A DNA stretch of 64,000 bases, taken from a virus. The stretch is taken from the IMG/VR virus record IMGVR_UViG_3300037201_000018, positions 1 to 64,000 of that record. The stretch is one strand, 5' to 3'. The position numbers and the translations under genes are program-made. Position 1 is the first letter of the stretch; the number at the start of each line of letters is the position of its first letter. The notes under the pieces were generated by a model. It was given only the letters and a program-made list of their open reading frames with translations. It was not told the origin of the DNA and ran no database searches. Below, piece by piece: positions 38,188-48,283 of this stretch.

Positions 38188-39359
38188 CCGCGACTGTCCA
38201 AGGTATCCTCTCGTGGAGCGCGTCTGAGAACCAGGACGGGCACAAGGACTACCACATCGTCCTGGAGGTCGAGTCAGCTCTAAATGACGGTCCCGACGCG
38301 ATCCTCAACGCTGCTGGGATGCCGGCGATTGGTGCACCGTACCAAGGTTCTTCCCTGCCAATGGTCGCCAACGGCGGTAGCCCCTCGATAATCAACGACT
38401 TCAACCCTTGGGCCTTCCGTTGGCCGAACTGCGAAGTCAAGATTCACAGCGAGAAGAGCGGAGAGAACACGAAGTGGTACGAGGCGGACATCCTGTTCTC
38501 GACCCGGCCTCTCGAACGGTGCATGACGGCGCTACCAGCGAACCCGATCAGCGAACCTCCCAAAATCGGGGGGTCGTTCACCAAGTTCACACGGGAGGCG
38601 CTGGTCGACCGCTATGGCTATCCAATCCTCAACTCCGCGTTGGAGCCGATAACTGGGCAGCAGGTCGAGAGGGATTACAACACGGCATCGGTTACGATCG
38701 AGATGAACTTCGCCACGTTCGGGGGTGGAACGTGGGCACCGATGATCGACACATTGAATGACTCAACTCTGTGGGGTCTTCCTCCCCGATGCGTCAAACT
38801 GAGTAACGTCAGATGGCAAAGAAAGTTGTATTCACTCTGTACGTTCTTTTACAACTTCACCTACGAGTTCGACATCAACTTTGAGACGTTTGACCGCCTG
38901 CTACCAGACATCGGGACCAAGATCTTGGCTCCGGGTGGCAACGTGTTCAACCCCAGTCACTTCGTCGCCTACCAGGATCTCCAGGGGAACACAGGGACGG
39001 TGACGCTCGACGGTTCTGGTAACCAGTGGACTGGGATCAGTTCTGGTGTAGTTATCGTCGGGTTTTCGGTCAGTACTAACTCCCTAATCTCGACAGCTGC
39101 ACCGCACAATCTATCTATTGGGGATCAATGTATCATCGTCGGGACTGGTGGGACGGTAAACCTCAACGGAACATGGGAAGTAACTGATACGCCTACATCG
39201 AACGAGATCATTATCGATAACCCTTTCGTTCCTTCAGCGACGCTCTCGGCAGCCAGTCAACTTGGTAGCTTTGCCAACTCGACCCTACCCGGATCGAACT
39301 ACGTGCAGTTCTATGACGAATCCAACTTCCTGCTGCTCGGGATTCCCTCCTCTCTCTAG
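38184..39359 (+). CDS. tail tip/distal tail protein with a C-terminal beta insertion
   Basis: First gene after the TMP; VDRYGYPILNSA motif; TAAPHNLSIGDQCII...LNGTWEV beta module. Confidence 0.6.
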   Translation: MTATVQGILSWSASENQDGHKDYHIVLEVESALNDGPDAILNAAGMPAIGAPYQGSSLPMVANGGSPSIINDFNPWAFRWPNCEVKIHSEKSGENTKWYEADILFSTRPLERCMTALPANPISEPPKIGGSFTKFTREALVDRYGYPILNSALEPITGQQVERDYNTASVTIEMNFATFGGGTWAPMIDTLNDSTLWGLPPRCVKLSNVRWQRKLYSLCTFFYNFTYEFDINFETFDRLLPDIGTKILAPGGNVFNPSHFVAYQDLQGNTGTVTLDGSGNQWTGISSGVVIVGFSVSTNSLISTAAPHNLSIGDQCIIVGTGGTVNLNGTWEVTDTPTSNEIIIDNPFVPSATLSAASQLGSFANSTLPGSNYVQFYDESNFLLLGIPSSL

Positions 39360-39369
39360 CGAGCGAACG

Positions 39370-39837
39370 ATGAAAGGTGAACAGCTGCCAGACACGACCT
39401 ACCCAGCTGACGGGAGACTGAGGAACAACGACCGACTGACAGTGATCACCCAGATCCATCACGACCACACCGGAAGACCGACGTTCAGTGGCGACGTTAG
39501 ATTTGACAGACTACTAAGAACGACTGAGCAGCCGCTCCATCGGGAGATCGAGATCGGTGAGGAGCCAACTCAGCTGGAGACCCACTGGATGAAGGAGGTC
39601 GGCTACGTCCTGATCCACAACATCACTGGATCAAACTTCCAGATACATCCATCGAAAGCCGAGAAGGAAGACAACGAGAAGCGAATCGTCAAGGTGACGT
39701 TCGGACTTGACTGTGTTAAGGGCCTCCTGTTTCCTCCAGGGACTGGCTACCCGATCGAGGTTGAAGACATCACCAGCGTCTACCTGAGGAGCCTGTACAA
39801 AAAGGCCCTCGTCAACGTCTACCTTTTCCCAGCCTGA
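39370..39837 (+). CDS. hypothetical tail-region protein
   Basis: ATG at 39370 after the upstream stop; beta-rich. Confidence 0.5.
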   Translation: MKGEQLPDTTYPADGRLRNNDRLTVITQIHHDHTGRPTFSGDVRFDRLLRTTEQPLHREIEIGEEPTQLETHWMKEVGYVLIHNITGSNFQIHPSKAEKEDNEKRIVKVTFGLDCVKGLLFPPGTGYPIEVEDITSVYLRSLYKKALVNVYLFPA

Positions 39838-39845
39838 AGTAAACT

Positions 39846-42281
39846 GTGACCGAACCTCTTCATTTCTTGACTGAGCAGGACCGGCAGAAGCTGGTCGACA
39901 CGATCGACCAAGCGAAGAAGCTCCGTGTCAGCAAGCCAGTCATAAGTAAAGATCCAAAGCTCGCCGTCGCTCAGGACGTCTACGTCGCCCGAGTCCCCTG
40001 CGGTCTCCAGATCCCTGCGAGCACGGCGACTCAGCCGGGATACCTCGACTGCTGCATCTTCAAGATCACGTGGCAGACCGACATCAACAATCCCACGATG
40101 GTCTACCAGCCACTCCTGAACCCCGATGGTTCAGCGGTGCGGGAGCGGGTCTACAACATCTACGACGTCCCAGTATTGGACTGTCAGTACATCCAGATCT
40201 ACAAGACAAAGGACGGACACTTCGTCAACGAGAACCCGGATTGGATGGACTGTCCTAACAATCCCGCGAGTACGTCATCAACCAGCTCAACTTCGAGTTC
40301 CACGACGACGGTCGCCCCGCAGAACACGTCAACGACGACTCCCAACCCGAACTATGCCTACTGCGCAGGAGTCTGCCAGTGGGTCTGGAGTGCCACAAAC
40401 AAAACCTGGAGCGTCACGAGCAGCACTTGCTACATAGCAACGACGACCAGCTCGACGAGTTCTAGCAGCACCAGCAGCACGAGTACTAGCTCGACTAGCA
40501 GTACATCTAGTACGAGTACGACTAGCAGTACATCTAGTACGAGTACGACGAGTACCTCGACGACGACTCCTTGTCCCTGCCCGACGACGTCAAGTTCCAG
40601 TTCGAGTTCTACATCGTCGACTAGCTCTAGCTCGACGTCATCGACATCTTCAACTAGTACGACGTCATCCACGACAACGAGCAGCACGACGACTCCTGCC
40701 CCCTGTCAGTGTCTCTATCCAACGACCTGTGGGACGAACGACGGGGACTGCACGACGACGTACTGCTCGACGGGGATCAATCAGCCCCCGAGCTGCGGTC
40801 AGTCGACGACCAGCTCATCCTCAACGACCTGCTCGCCCTGTCAGTCTTGTGCAGCTACGTCGACAACGCCATCGCCTGGAGGTGGAGGTAGCGGAAATAA
40901 CTGCGGTAACTGCATAGCGACTTGTTTGGGAGTCGTGGCTGGGACGTGTAACGACAAGGCAGGAACTTGGACGTTAACGACTGGATGCATCTCACCAACC
41001 GGGTGCGGTTGCCCACTCTTCGGTCAGAACTTCGTTCCTGGGATCATCGGAACACCGTGTAGCACTAACGGTGCCACGATCTCGATGGTATGCATCACTG
41101 GGGAGACTATCCCACCTGGATCTAGCAGCAGCGGACAGTGTTGCTACAGTTGGACCGGATCGGCGTGGCAGTACAAATCTACCGCATCGACTCCCTGCGC
41201 CGTTTCGGGAATTGTGACTTCTGGCCTTACCTGTCAACCTCCATCAGCCCCCGGCGGGACTGTCTGCGGTATATCTTGTACGCCATGCGTGGCGGCGGGA
41301 GGAGGTGGTAGCCCAGGCAATCCAGCGACTACCCAAGCTCCATGCTGCACCGGATACTCTGGCCCCGTCTGCGGGGGCGTCCCTCAGACCTCAACGACAA
41401 CTACGACTGCCCAGCCTTGCGGGACCGGCTGCTCCTACAGTTACACTACCAGTACCTGGTCTCTCGTCTCGAACAACTGCGGTCCCTGTTCTTGCGTCGC
41501 CCCAACTGGAACTCCGAGTCCTGCCTGTGCCGCTGGCTCAAATATCCAGGTAATGCCCTGTGGTCCCCAGACGTCCTCGACAACTACCACAACGACTACG
41601 ACGACTACCACAACGACTACGACGACTACGACGACTACTACGACCACGACGACTACTACGACCACGACGACTTGTGCTCCAAATGGGTGCGTCCCAATAG
41701 CAACAGGATGCCCAAGTAGTGGAGGAGTTTGTGCAATTTATTGTGCAAATGGATGTGGAGGAGGCGGTCCCGGTTGGTATGGCCACGCTGAGGGTGCCGG
41801 ATGTGCATCCAGTTGCGTTGTATATTCTCCCTCTCCTGGAAATTGTGTTTATCAGGCATGCGGCCCCGGCTGCCCCAATAATTTACCATCAAGCCCAACT
41901 GATGGGCAGACCGTTTGTGGAGGATGCATTCCAGGCGGCATTTCGTCACAGAATTCTTGCTTTGGTGCCATGAGTGGTTGCACTACCTGCAACACCACCA
42001 CGACAACTACAACGACCACCACTACCACGACGACGACGACCACAGCTGCTCCTTGTCAGTGGCAATGCTGTGAACCGGGCAAAGACAACCCTTACGGCTG
42101 GCAGCTGCTGAGCACCACCTGCGGAGGAGGATTCGCGTGTCTGCCACCTGCGACGGTCTGTAATGCTGGCACGGCGAACTGCCTAATCGCCACAAACAGT
42201 TGCGTCCCCAGCAGCACGCCAGGGTCGACAAACACGCCCTCCGGGTACACCAGCTGTAGTGGTGGTGGAGTCTGTAGTTAA
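39846..42281 (+). CDS. mucin-like Cys-rich, poly-Thr/Ser tail-associated protein
   Basis: Long S/T tracts, runs of 31 and 17 Thr, and many Cys-rich modules with WxW...W...C motifs; last gene of the tail module. Confidence 0.75.
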   Translation: MTEPLHFLTEQDRQKLVDTIDQAKKLRVSKPVISKDPKLAVAQDVYVARVPCGLQIPASTATQPGYLDCCIFKITWQTDINNPTMVYQPLLNPDGSAVRERVYNIYDVPVLDCQYIQIYKTKDGHFVNENPDWMDCPNNPASTSSTSSTSSSTTTVAPQNTSTTTPNPNYAYCAGVCQWVWSATNKTWSVTSSTCYIATTTSSTSSSSTSSTSTSSTSSTSSTSTTSSTSSTSTTSTSTTTPCPCPTTSSSSSSSTSSTSSSSTSSTSSTSTTSSTTTSSTTTPAPCQCLYPTTCGTNDGDCTTTYCSTGINQPPSCGQSTTSSSSTTCSPCQSCAATSTTPSPGGGGSGNNCGNCIATCLGVVAGTCNDKAGTWTLTTGCISPTGCGCPLFGQNFVPGIIGTPCSTNGATISMVCITGETIPPGSSSSGQCCYSWTGSAWQYKSTASTPCAVSGIVTSGLTCQPPSAPGGTVCGISCTPCVAAGGGGSPGNPATTQAPCCTGYSGPVCGGVPQTSTTTTTAQPCGTGCSYSYTTSTWSLVSNNCGPCSCVAPTGTPSPACAAGSNIQVMPCGPQTSSTTTTTTTTTTTTTTTTTTTTTTTTTTTTTTTCAPNGCVPIATGCPSSGGVCAIYCANGCGGGGPGWYGHAEGAGCASSCVVYSPSPGNCVYQACGPGCPNNLPSSPTDGQTVCGGCIPGGISSQNSCFGAMSGCTTCNTTTTTTTTTTTTTTTTTAAPCQWQCCEPGKDNPYGWQLLSTTCGGGFACLPPATVCNAGTANCLIATNSCVPSSTPGSTNTPSGYTSCSGGGVCS
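41580..41672 (+). repeat. (ACN)31 poly-threonine codon tract
   Basis: 31 consecutive Thr codons using ACG/ACT/ACC/ACA; a second 17-codon tract at 41994-42044. Confidence 0.95.
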
Positions 42282-42293
42282 GGAATCCGTAGG

Positions 42294-42746
42294 ATGAGAA
42301 CTCTGCCGACGATCACCGCTGCCCAGCTGCTGGGGTTCGGTCCCTGTGCCGAGTATCTGAAGGGCGGCAAGCGAGAGAGCGTCATCAGCCAGTCGCCTGA
42401 GTGGGACGCTAGGGGACTCCTGTCGTTGGACATCCCAGACGACCACAAGTTGTGGGCGGTCCTGAGACTCGAACTGCTACCGCAGGACTTGCTGGATAAC
42501 TGCGTCAAAGCGATCCACGCGGACTATCCCGAGCTGAGAGGCGAGATCGTTCCCCCAGCCGGCAGTACCTACGAGCAAGACCGAGATGTCATCCTCTCCT
42601 CACTGAAGAAGAAAAAGTATCTCTCCGCCTGCGTCCACTGCACCCAACTGGCGAGACTGATCCCCCGCAACCGTAACGTGCGGCAGGAACTGGCGAGGCA
42701 GGTCGAAGTGATCAAGCAGCAGGTCCAGAACTGGATAGATGATTAA
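42294..42746 (+). CDS. hypothetical protein
   Basis: 150-aa ORF linking the mucin-like gene and the glycosyltransferase cluster. Confidence 0.55.
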   Translation: MRTLPTITAAQLLGFGPCAEYLKGGKRESVISQSPEWDARGLLSLDIPDDHKLWAVLRLELLPQDLLDNCVKAIHADYPELRGEIVPPAGSTYEQDRDVILSSLKKKKYLSACVHCTQLARLIPRNRNVRQELARQVEVIKQQVQNWIDD

Positions 42747-44655
42747 CCCCTCTCAAACTGGAGTGACAGAAGTGCCCAAACTGACGATCGGGATGGCCCA
42801 CCACGCGGACGTCGCGAGATTAGAGTCTACAGTTCAGTCTTTGAGACTGCATCACGCGGTCGACTGGAACTTTGAGATCGTGATCGTCGACAACTCGGCG
42901 AACCTCCCCTGCACTCAGGACCTCGTCAACTTTATCAACTCGGCGACGTCTCACGATCGCTGCGTGATCAAGTACGTCCCCATGACCGATCCCGTCGGTA
43001 CGAGTCCCACGAGAGACCTGATCTTCCAGATCGCGACGGGCGACTTCGTGCTCGTGATGGATTGCCACGTCATGCTTGACAAGGATGCCATCTCTCGTCT
43101 CTTGAAGTTCTACTCTGAGCATCCCAAGACTGACGACCTCTACTCTGGTCCCTTACTGACTAACGACTTGAGAACCTCGTGGACTCACTTCAACGACCAG
43201 TGGCGGGCGGAGATGTGGGGAACGTGGAGTACGGCCTGGATCTGTCCCTGCGGAGGAACGCGGTTCTCCACGCTCGACATGGGGACCGGTAAGATGATCC
43301 CGATCGCCCTGACGATGGGAGCGGTCAAGATCGACGGCTGCCACTACTGCGGCAAGCAGTTACCCAAGGACGGTCCCTGGAACGGTCACGAGGACTACTT
43401 AGAACGACAGGGTTGGATTCCTCTCGGGAGAGATCCCGACGAGAAGCCCTTCGAGATACCGGGCCAAGGTTTGGGACTCTTCACTTGCCGTCGGGAGTCG
43501 TGGCTCGGCTTCAACAAGGATTCGAGGTTCTTCGGAGGCGAGGAACTCTACATCCACCAGAAGTACAGGAAGGCTGGGAGAACCTGCTGGTGTCTGCCCT
43601 TCCTCCGCTGGTGGCACGACTTCTACAAGGACCCCAACAAGCCAACTTACACCAATACGACATGGAACAAGTGTCGGAACTACGTATTAGAGTCTCAAGA
43701 GTTGGGCGAGGAGTGGATGCCGCTGCTCGACGTCAAGAACCACTTCATCGGGCAGAACAACTTCACGGAGGCCCACTGGAACAAGCTGATAGCCGATCCC
43801 GTCAAGAGGGTCAACGAGAGCGACTGCCCTGGCTGTCAGGCGGCTCAGGCTGCCATGATGATCCAAGACGATCCTCAGATCAAGACCCTCGACGACGCAT
43901 TCGACGTCGTCTCAAAGATTCCCCGTGACATGGAGCAGCACATGCCCAAGCTGCGGGAGCTGGCAGCCGACGTCTCGCACGTGACGGAGATCAGTCACCG
44001 GCGGGAGGGGACGATCGCGTTCCTGGCTGCTCGACCCAAGTTCATCAAGTCCTACAACCTAGAGCCAGCTTCCCCTCAACTCAGCAAACTCGCGAAGGAG
44101 GCGGGAGTCTCGCTAGACATCCAAGCCCCCGCCGACGGTTACGTTAAAATAGAACCGACGGATCTGCTCTTCATCGACGACGTCGAGACGTATGAGAGAA
44201 CCAAGCAGCACCTAGAGAGACTGTCGGGCTCAGTGAGTCGCTACATCGTCTTCCACGACACGATCTTCGCCCCTCCGATGATGCAGGCGATCAGGGAGTT
44301 TCTGTTCGTCAATCGTCAGTGGTCGGTCATCTACCACACGGTCGAGGAGCACGGGCTGACTGTCCTCGGTTGCAGAGACGAGGACAAGCCAAAGCTGCCG
44401 CCCTTCACCGACGAGCTGAAGAATGTCACCCGGAGCATCTGGAAGGCGGCGACGAACTACGTTAAGGGAGGGCAGACGAACGTCGAGCCTGAGGTCTATG
44501 AGAAGCGACTCTCGATCTGTGCGACCTGCACCCAGCGAGTCAACGACCGCTGCGCTGCCTGCGGGTGCCGCATCGAACTCAAGGCGAGCTTGGCAACGGA
44601 CACCTGCCCCCTCCTCTACTGGCCCCTACTGAATGCAGAAGGGAAGGTAGAATGA
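42739..44655 (+). CDS. GT-A glycosyltransferase (ppGalNAc-T-like motifs) fused to a methyltransferase-like domain and a C-terminal Cys-rich domain; possible start GTG 42772
   Basis: EIVIVDNS, ATGDFVLVMDCH (DxH), GLGLF, FGGEELYI, LRWWH; DLLFIDD...IVFHDT; RLSICATC...RCAACGC...CPL. Confidence 0.75.
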   Translation: MINPSQTGVTEVPKLTIGMAHHADVARLESTVQSLRLHHAVDWNFEIVIVDNSANLPCTQDLVNFINSATSHDRCVIKYVPMTDPVGTSPTRDLIFQIATGDFVLVMDCHVMLDKDAISRLLKFYSEHPKTDDLYSGPLLTNDLRTSWTHFNDQWRAEMWGTWSTAWICPCGGTRFSTLDMGTGKMIPIALTMGAVKIDGCHYCGKQLPKDGPWNGHEDYLERQGWIPLGRDPDEKPFEIPGQGLGLFTCRRESWLGFNKDSRFFGGEELYIHQKYRKAGRTCWCLPFLRWWHDFYKDPNKPTYTNTTWNKCRNYVLESQELGEEWMPLLDVKNHFIGQNNFTEAHWNKLIADPVKRVNESDCPGCQAAQAAMMIQDDPQIKTLDDAFDVVSKIPRDMEQHMPKLRELAADVSHVTEISHRREGTIAFLAARPKFIKSYNLEPASPQLSKLAKEAGVSLDIQAPADGYVKIEPTDLLFIDDVETYERTKQHLERLSGSVSRYIVFHDTIFAPPMMQAIREFLFVNRQWSVIYHTVEEHGLTVLGCRDEDKPKLPPFTDELKNVTRSIWKAATNYVKGGQTNVEPEVYEKRLSICATCTQRVNDRCAACGCRIELKASLATDTCPLLYWPLLNAEGKVE

Positions 44656-44728
44656 CCCATGTTCACTGACAATACTCCGTGGGATCATGCGGGTTGGGGC
44701 GGCGTAATCGTTCTCGCAGGTTTTAAGG

Positions 44729-45022
44729 ATGTTAAACTCTAAAGAACACGTATGTCATCACTGTGATAATCCGCCATGTTGTAATCCAAAGCACCTGTTT
44801 CTAGGTAACGATAAATCTAATCGCCGAGACGCTACGTCTAAATTTAGAACGGAGCACGGAGAGGATCATCACTTCGCAAAGATAACTGAGAGGGATGTAC
44901 TGGAGATTAGAAAATTGGGGGCTGCTGGATCACACCGCCACCGGCAATTAGCTGAGATGTTTGGTATTAGTATTTCACAAATTGTCTCGATAATCCACCG
45001 AAGGTTTTGGAGGCACATATGA
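44729..45022 (+). CDS. HNH homing endonuclease (short, possibly N-truncated)
   Basis: VCHHCDNPPCCNPKHLFLG..KSN plus C-terminal HTH; AT-richer than flanks. Confidence 0.75.
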   Translation: MLNSKEHVCHHCDNPPCCNPKHLFLGNDKSNRRDATSKFRTEHGEDHHFAKITERDVLEIRKLGAAGSHRHRQLAEMFGISISQIVSIIHRRFWRHI

Positions 45023-45813
45023 GAAGTAACCCATTTATTGCGTGCTTGTGTGCAACTTACAAGAGACCGACTTGCCTGGCGAACGCGGTCGCCTGTTTCT
45101 TGGCTCAGGAGTACGAAAATAAGGTATTGGTGATCGTAGATGACGCCGCGCAATACAACCCACGTGAGTACGATTGGAAGCAACCCAAGAACATCCTGAT
45201 GATCTCTTGGCAGCAGAGAGGACCGAGCCTCAGCGAGAAACGAAATGAAGTAGCTAGGATCGCTAAGGACGGATATGAACCAGAGATCTTTGCTGTTTGG
45301 GACGACGACGACGTTTACCTCCCGAATCATCTCAGCAACATAGCCGCGGGTTACGAGCGAGGGGGAGAGTTCTTCCTTCACAAGAAGGTACTGACGACCT
45401 ACGACTGTGGAGAGACCGGAAAGACGGTTTTAGAACAGGCGGTGTATGAAGTCGCCGGTCCCTGGGAAACCCGGTTCCATTCCTCCTGGGCATTCACGCG
45501 GGAGCTGTTCGAGCGAGTCGGGGGTTATCCCCCTCCTATGCCTAACGGGCAATACGATGATTTTGAGACTCAGCTCGGAATAAACCTAAAGCGAGTCGGT
45601 AAAGTAGAATATATCGACGGCGATGGACCGAGTTACGTCTGCCGGGTGTTCAACCAAGCCGAGTACCACTTGACGCAGACGGACGGGAAGAGCTACCAAG
45701 AGAACTGGGAAAGGATCGGCAAGTTGCCATCTCCGTTCGTCGGCGAGTTAGTTCCAAAGATGGACGACTGGACCAAGCGACTGTACGTGAACTTAACTGG
45801 AGTAAAAGCGTGA
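45019..45813 (+). CDS. GT2-like glycosyltransferase
   Basis: LCATYKRP, FLAQEY, LVIVDD, SLSEKRN, VWDDDDVYLPNHL. Confidence 0.85.
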   Translation: MRSNPFIACLCATYKRPTCLANAVACFLAQEYENKVLVIVDDAAQYNPREYDWKQPKNILMISWQQRGPSLSEKRNEVARIAKDGYEPEIFAVWDDDDVYLPNHLSNIAAGYERGGEFFLHKKVLTTYDCGETGKTVLEQAVYEVAGPWETRFHSSWAFTRELFERVGGYPPPMPNGQYDDFETQLGINLKRVGKVEYIDGDGPSYVCRVFNQAEYHLTQTDGKSYQENWERIGKLPSPFVGELVPKMDDWTKRLYVNLTGVKA

Positions 45814-46631
45814 GCGACGAGCTTCCTTTCGTATCGTGCTTGTGCCCTACCTATCGTCACCCAAAGCTACTGGCCAACGCCGTCGCCTGCTACCTCTCGC
45901 AGGACTACCCGTTGGAGAGGCGAGAGCTGATCATCCTCGACGACTACGGCCAATACGAGAACAAGAGCTACGACGGTTACCAAGTCGTCTCCGTCTCTCG
46001 TCGATACGTTTCGTTCTGGGAGAAGCGGTGTGCGACAGCGGCTCTCGGGAGGAACTTGGGAGAGAACAAATCCCCAGACGTCTACTGTGCTTGGGACGAT
46101 GACGACGTCTACATGCCGTGGCACATCACAGCCCACATCGAGGCGCTGAAAGTCAGACGGCGGGGTAGGGACGCTGTTGCCTACTCACATCCCATGAAGA
46201 TATTCAGCACATATGGGCGAGTCTTACATGAGGAAGACGGTCGAGGTCGGTTTGAGGGTTCTTTCGCATTCACCCGAAGAGCCTACGAGAAGGCCGACGG
46301 CTGGCCAGTCACCAAGCGGGGAGGGGGTGACCAGATATTCATCGGTCGACTGGAGAAGGCCTGCGGAGGAAAGATCGACGACCCCTGCGAGGGATATGCC
46401 CCCAGCTACGTCTACCGTTGGGAGTCTACGAACAGTAATCATTCATCGGGGTACCATAAGTCGTTTGACGACGAGGAGTGGTATGATCGCTACGCGAGAG
46501 AGGCGAACTTCGACGACGAGGGGGCCAGCAGGATCGTCTTACCCCAGTTCGATGCGGAGACGAAGCAGATCTACAGTCTAGTCGATCAGGAGAAAGGAAT
46601 CGGCCTTGAGACACATCAGATACAGAGTTGA
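45810..46631 (+). CDS. GT2-like glycosyltransferase (paralogue of the preceding gene)
   Basis: VSCLCPTYRHP, YLSQDYP, ELIILDD, AWDDDDVYMPWHI. Confidence 0.85.
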   Translation: MSDELPFVSCLCPTYRHPKLLANAVACYLSQDYPLERRELIILDDYGQYENKSYDGYQVVSVSRRYVSFWEKRCATAALGRNLGENKSPDVYCAWDDDDVYMPWHITAHIEALKVRRRGRDAVAYSHPMKIFSTYGRVLHEEDGRGRFEGSFAFTRRAYEKADGWPVTKRGGGDQIFIGRLEKACGGKIDDPCEGYAPSYVYRWESTNSNHSSGYHKSFDDEEWYDRYAREANFDDEGASRIVLPQFDAETKQIYSLVDQEKGIGLETHQIQS

Positions 46632-47008
46632 CCCCGACGTCGAGATCAGTCGGGTCCTCAACCAACTCTTGGACTACTATGACGATAAAAAGTACGAGGA
46701 ACACCAGATCGAGAGGGCCAAGCGACCGCCGATCTACGAGAAGAGGCATGAGTACGGATGTTATCTTGACACTGGAAAGCCTCTCTCCGAGGAAGATCGC
46801 GAGAACTTGAGAAAAGAACTGGCAGGCGAGATCAGAGGAGACATCGACGAATGAGTGAACCTACCCACTACCACTGCCCCTACGGACACGAACATCCTCA
46901 ACCGTGCGAACTGGAAGACGGCAGGGTCATCTGTCGGAAGTGCTTGTACGACGACGGCGTAGAAGTTGAATGCATTCTATGTACGCCAGAGACCTGCGGA
47001 GAGCGAGC

Positions 47009-47785
47009 ATGAGATGGGCTTACGGAGTGATGACTTGTAAAGAGCGAGCGACGAATATCCTAAGTAAGACTCTCACGTCACTGGCAACGGGGGGATTTGA
47101 CAAGCCGCGAATTTTCCTCGACGATGGTTGGGAAGAGATCCCGATCGCAATCGAACTGGATTTCACAAATAGAAGTCCGCGAATCAATCCGTTCGGTAAC
47201 TGGCTGCTCGGGATTTGGGAACTCTACATCAGGAATCCCAACGCCGAGCGATACGCGATGTTCCAGGACGACATCGTATGCTACAAGAACCTTCGTCAGT
47301 ACCTCGAACAGTGTAACTTACTTCAGTACCAACCGATGACCGAATCAACCAGAACAGACACGATTCAAGAACCAAATAAACGATACTGGAACCTCTTCAC
47401 GTTCACGGCAACAGTCGACGTCGCTAAACACCAACCCTCGAACGAGGAACTAGCTCCGAAAGACAGAACAGGTTGGTACGAGTCCAACCAACTCGGTCGG
47501 GGGGCGGTCGCCCTCGTGTTCGATCGTCAGGGACTCCAGACGTTACTCAGCAGCCCCCTCCTCGTTCAGCACCCGATGGAAGTCTATCTGGGAACTAGGA
47601 GGATTGACGGGATTGTACGAGATTGCCTGAGTGCCGCTGGTTACGTGGAGTACGTTCATTGGCCTTCGCTCGTTCAACACGTGGGAGACCTCTCGACGAT
47701 CGGCAACCCAACACAGAAGCCCGCCATCTCCTTCCGCGGCGAAGAATATGATGCTCTCAACTTACTGAAGAGGGAAACCGTTTGA
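47009..47785 (+). CDS. GT-A glycosyltransferase
   Basis: YAMFQDDIV and WPSLVQHVGDLSTIG motifs as seen in phage glycosyltransferases. Confidence 0.65.
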   Translation: MRWAYGVMTCKERATNILSKTLTSLATGGFDKPRIFLDDGWEEIPIAIELDFTNRSPRINPFGNWLLGIWELYIRNPNAERYAMFQDDIVCYKNLRQYLEQCNLLQYQPMTESTRTDTIQEPNKRYWNLFTFTATVDVAKHQPSNEELAPKDRTGWYESNQLGRGAVALVFDRQGLQTLLSSPLLVQHPMEVYLGTRRIDGIVRDCLSAAGYVEYVHWPSLVQHVGDLSTIGNPTQKPAISFRGEEYDALNLLKRETV

Positions 47786-47954
47786 TCTATCTTATTCCGT
47801 TATCAATTATTGCGGGGGTACTTGTCTTTGCTACCTCTACCTTGTTTGACGTAGTGAAGCAAATCGAAAAAGTGGCGGACGAACTGATGGGAATACACAA
47901 CGCGATCATCGCCGAGCAGGTTCGGAGAGACGAACGAGAGAAGAGGTACGAGAC

Positions 47955-48281
47955 ATGAAGGCCCTCTGCATCTGTCAGTACGGTCACTCGCGATCGGTCG
48001 CTCTGAGTCGAGTGTTACACGGCAGGTCGATCGAGGCAGTCGCGATCGGCTGGTCTACTGCGGGACAAGACGCGATAGACGTACTGTCAGAGTGGGCTCA
48101 TTACATCTTCATGCTGGACATGACGAACGGACCCCATAAGATCCTACCGAGGCACAGAATCAAGATCGTCCCGTTCGACGTCGGACCTGACAGGTGGAGT
48201 AACCCCTACAACCAAGAATTGCTTGAGATACTCGGTAAGAAGTTCAACGAGTTCTATGCGACGCTACCGACGGAAGACTGA
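47955..48281 (+). CDS. low-molecular-weight phosphatase-like protein (CX5R)
   Basis: N-terminal LCICQYGHSRS P-loop; WAHYIFML. Confidence 0.7.
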   Translation: MKALCICQYGHSRSVALSRVLHGRSIEAVAIGWSTAGQDAIDVLSEWAHYIFMLDMTNGPHKILPRHRIKIVPFDVGPDRWSNPYNQELLEILGKKFNEFYATLPTED

Positions 48282-48283
48282 CG

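Noticed and set aside
40430-42043. Minus-strand poly-Val ORFs and plus-strand (DDY)n ORFs
   Set aside because: These are reading-frame shadows of the ACN poly-Thr tracts
41580-42044. Possible CRISPR array or DGR template/variable repeat
   Set aside because: Repeats are trinucleotide codon runs with no spacers; no cas or reverse transcriptase gene and no adenine-specific repeat pair seen
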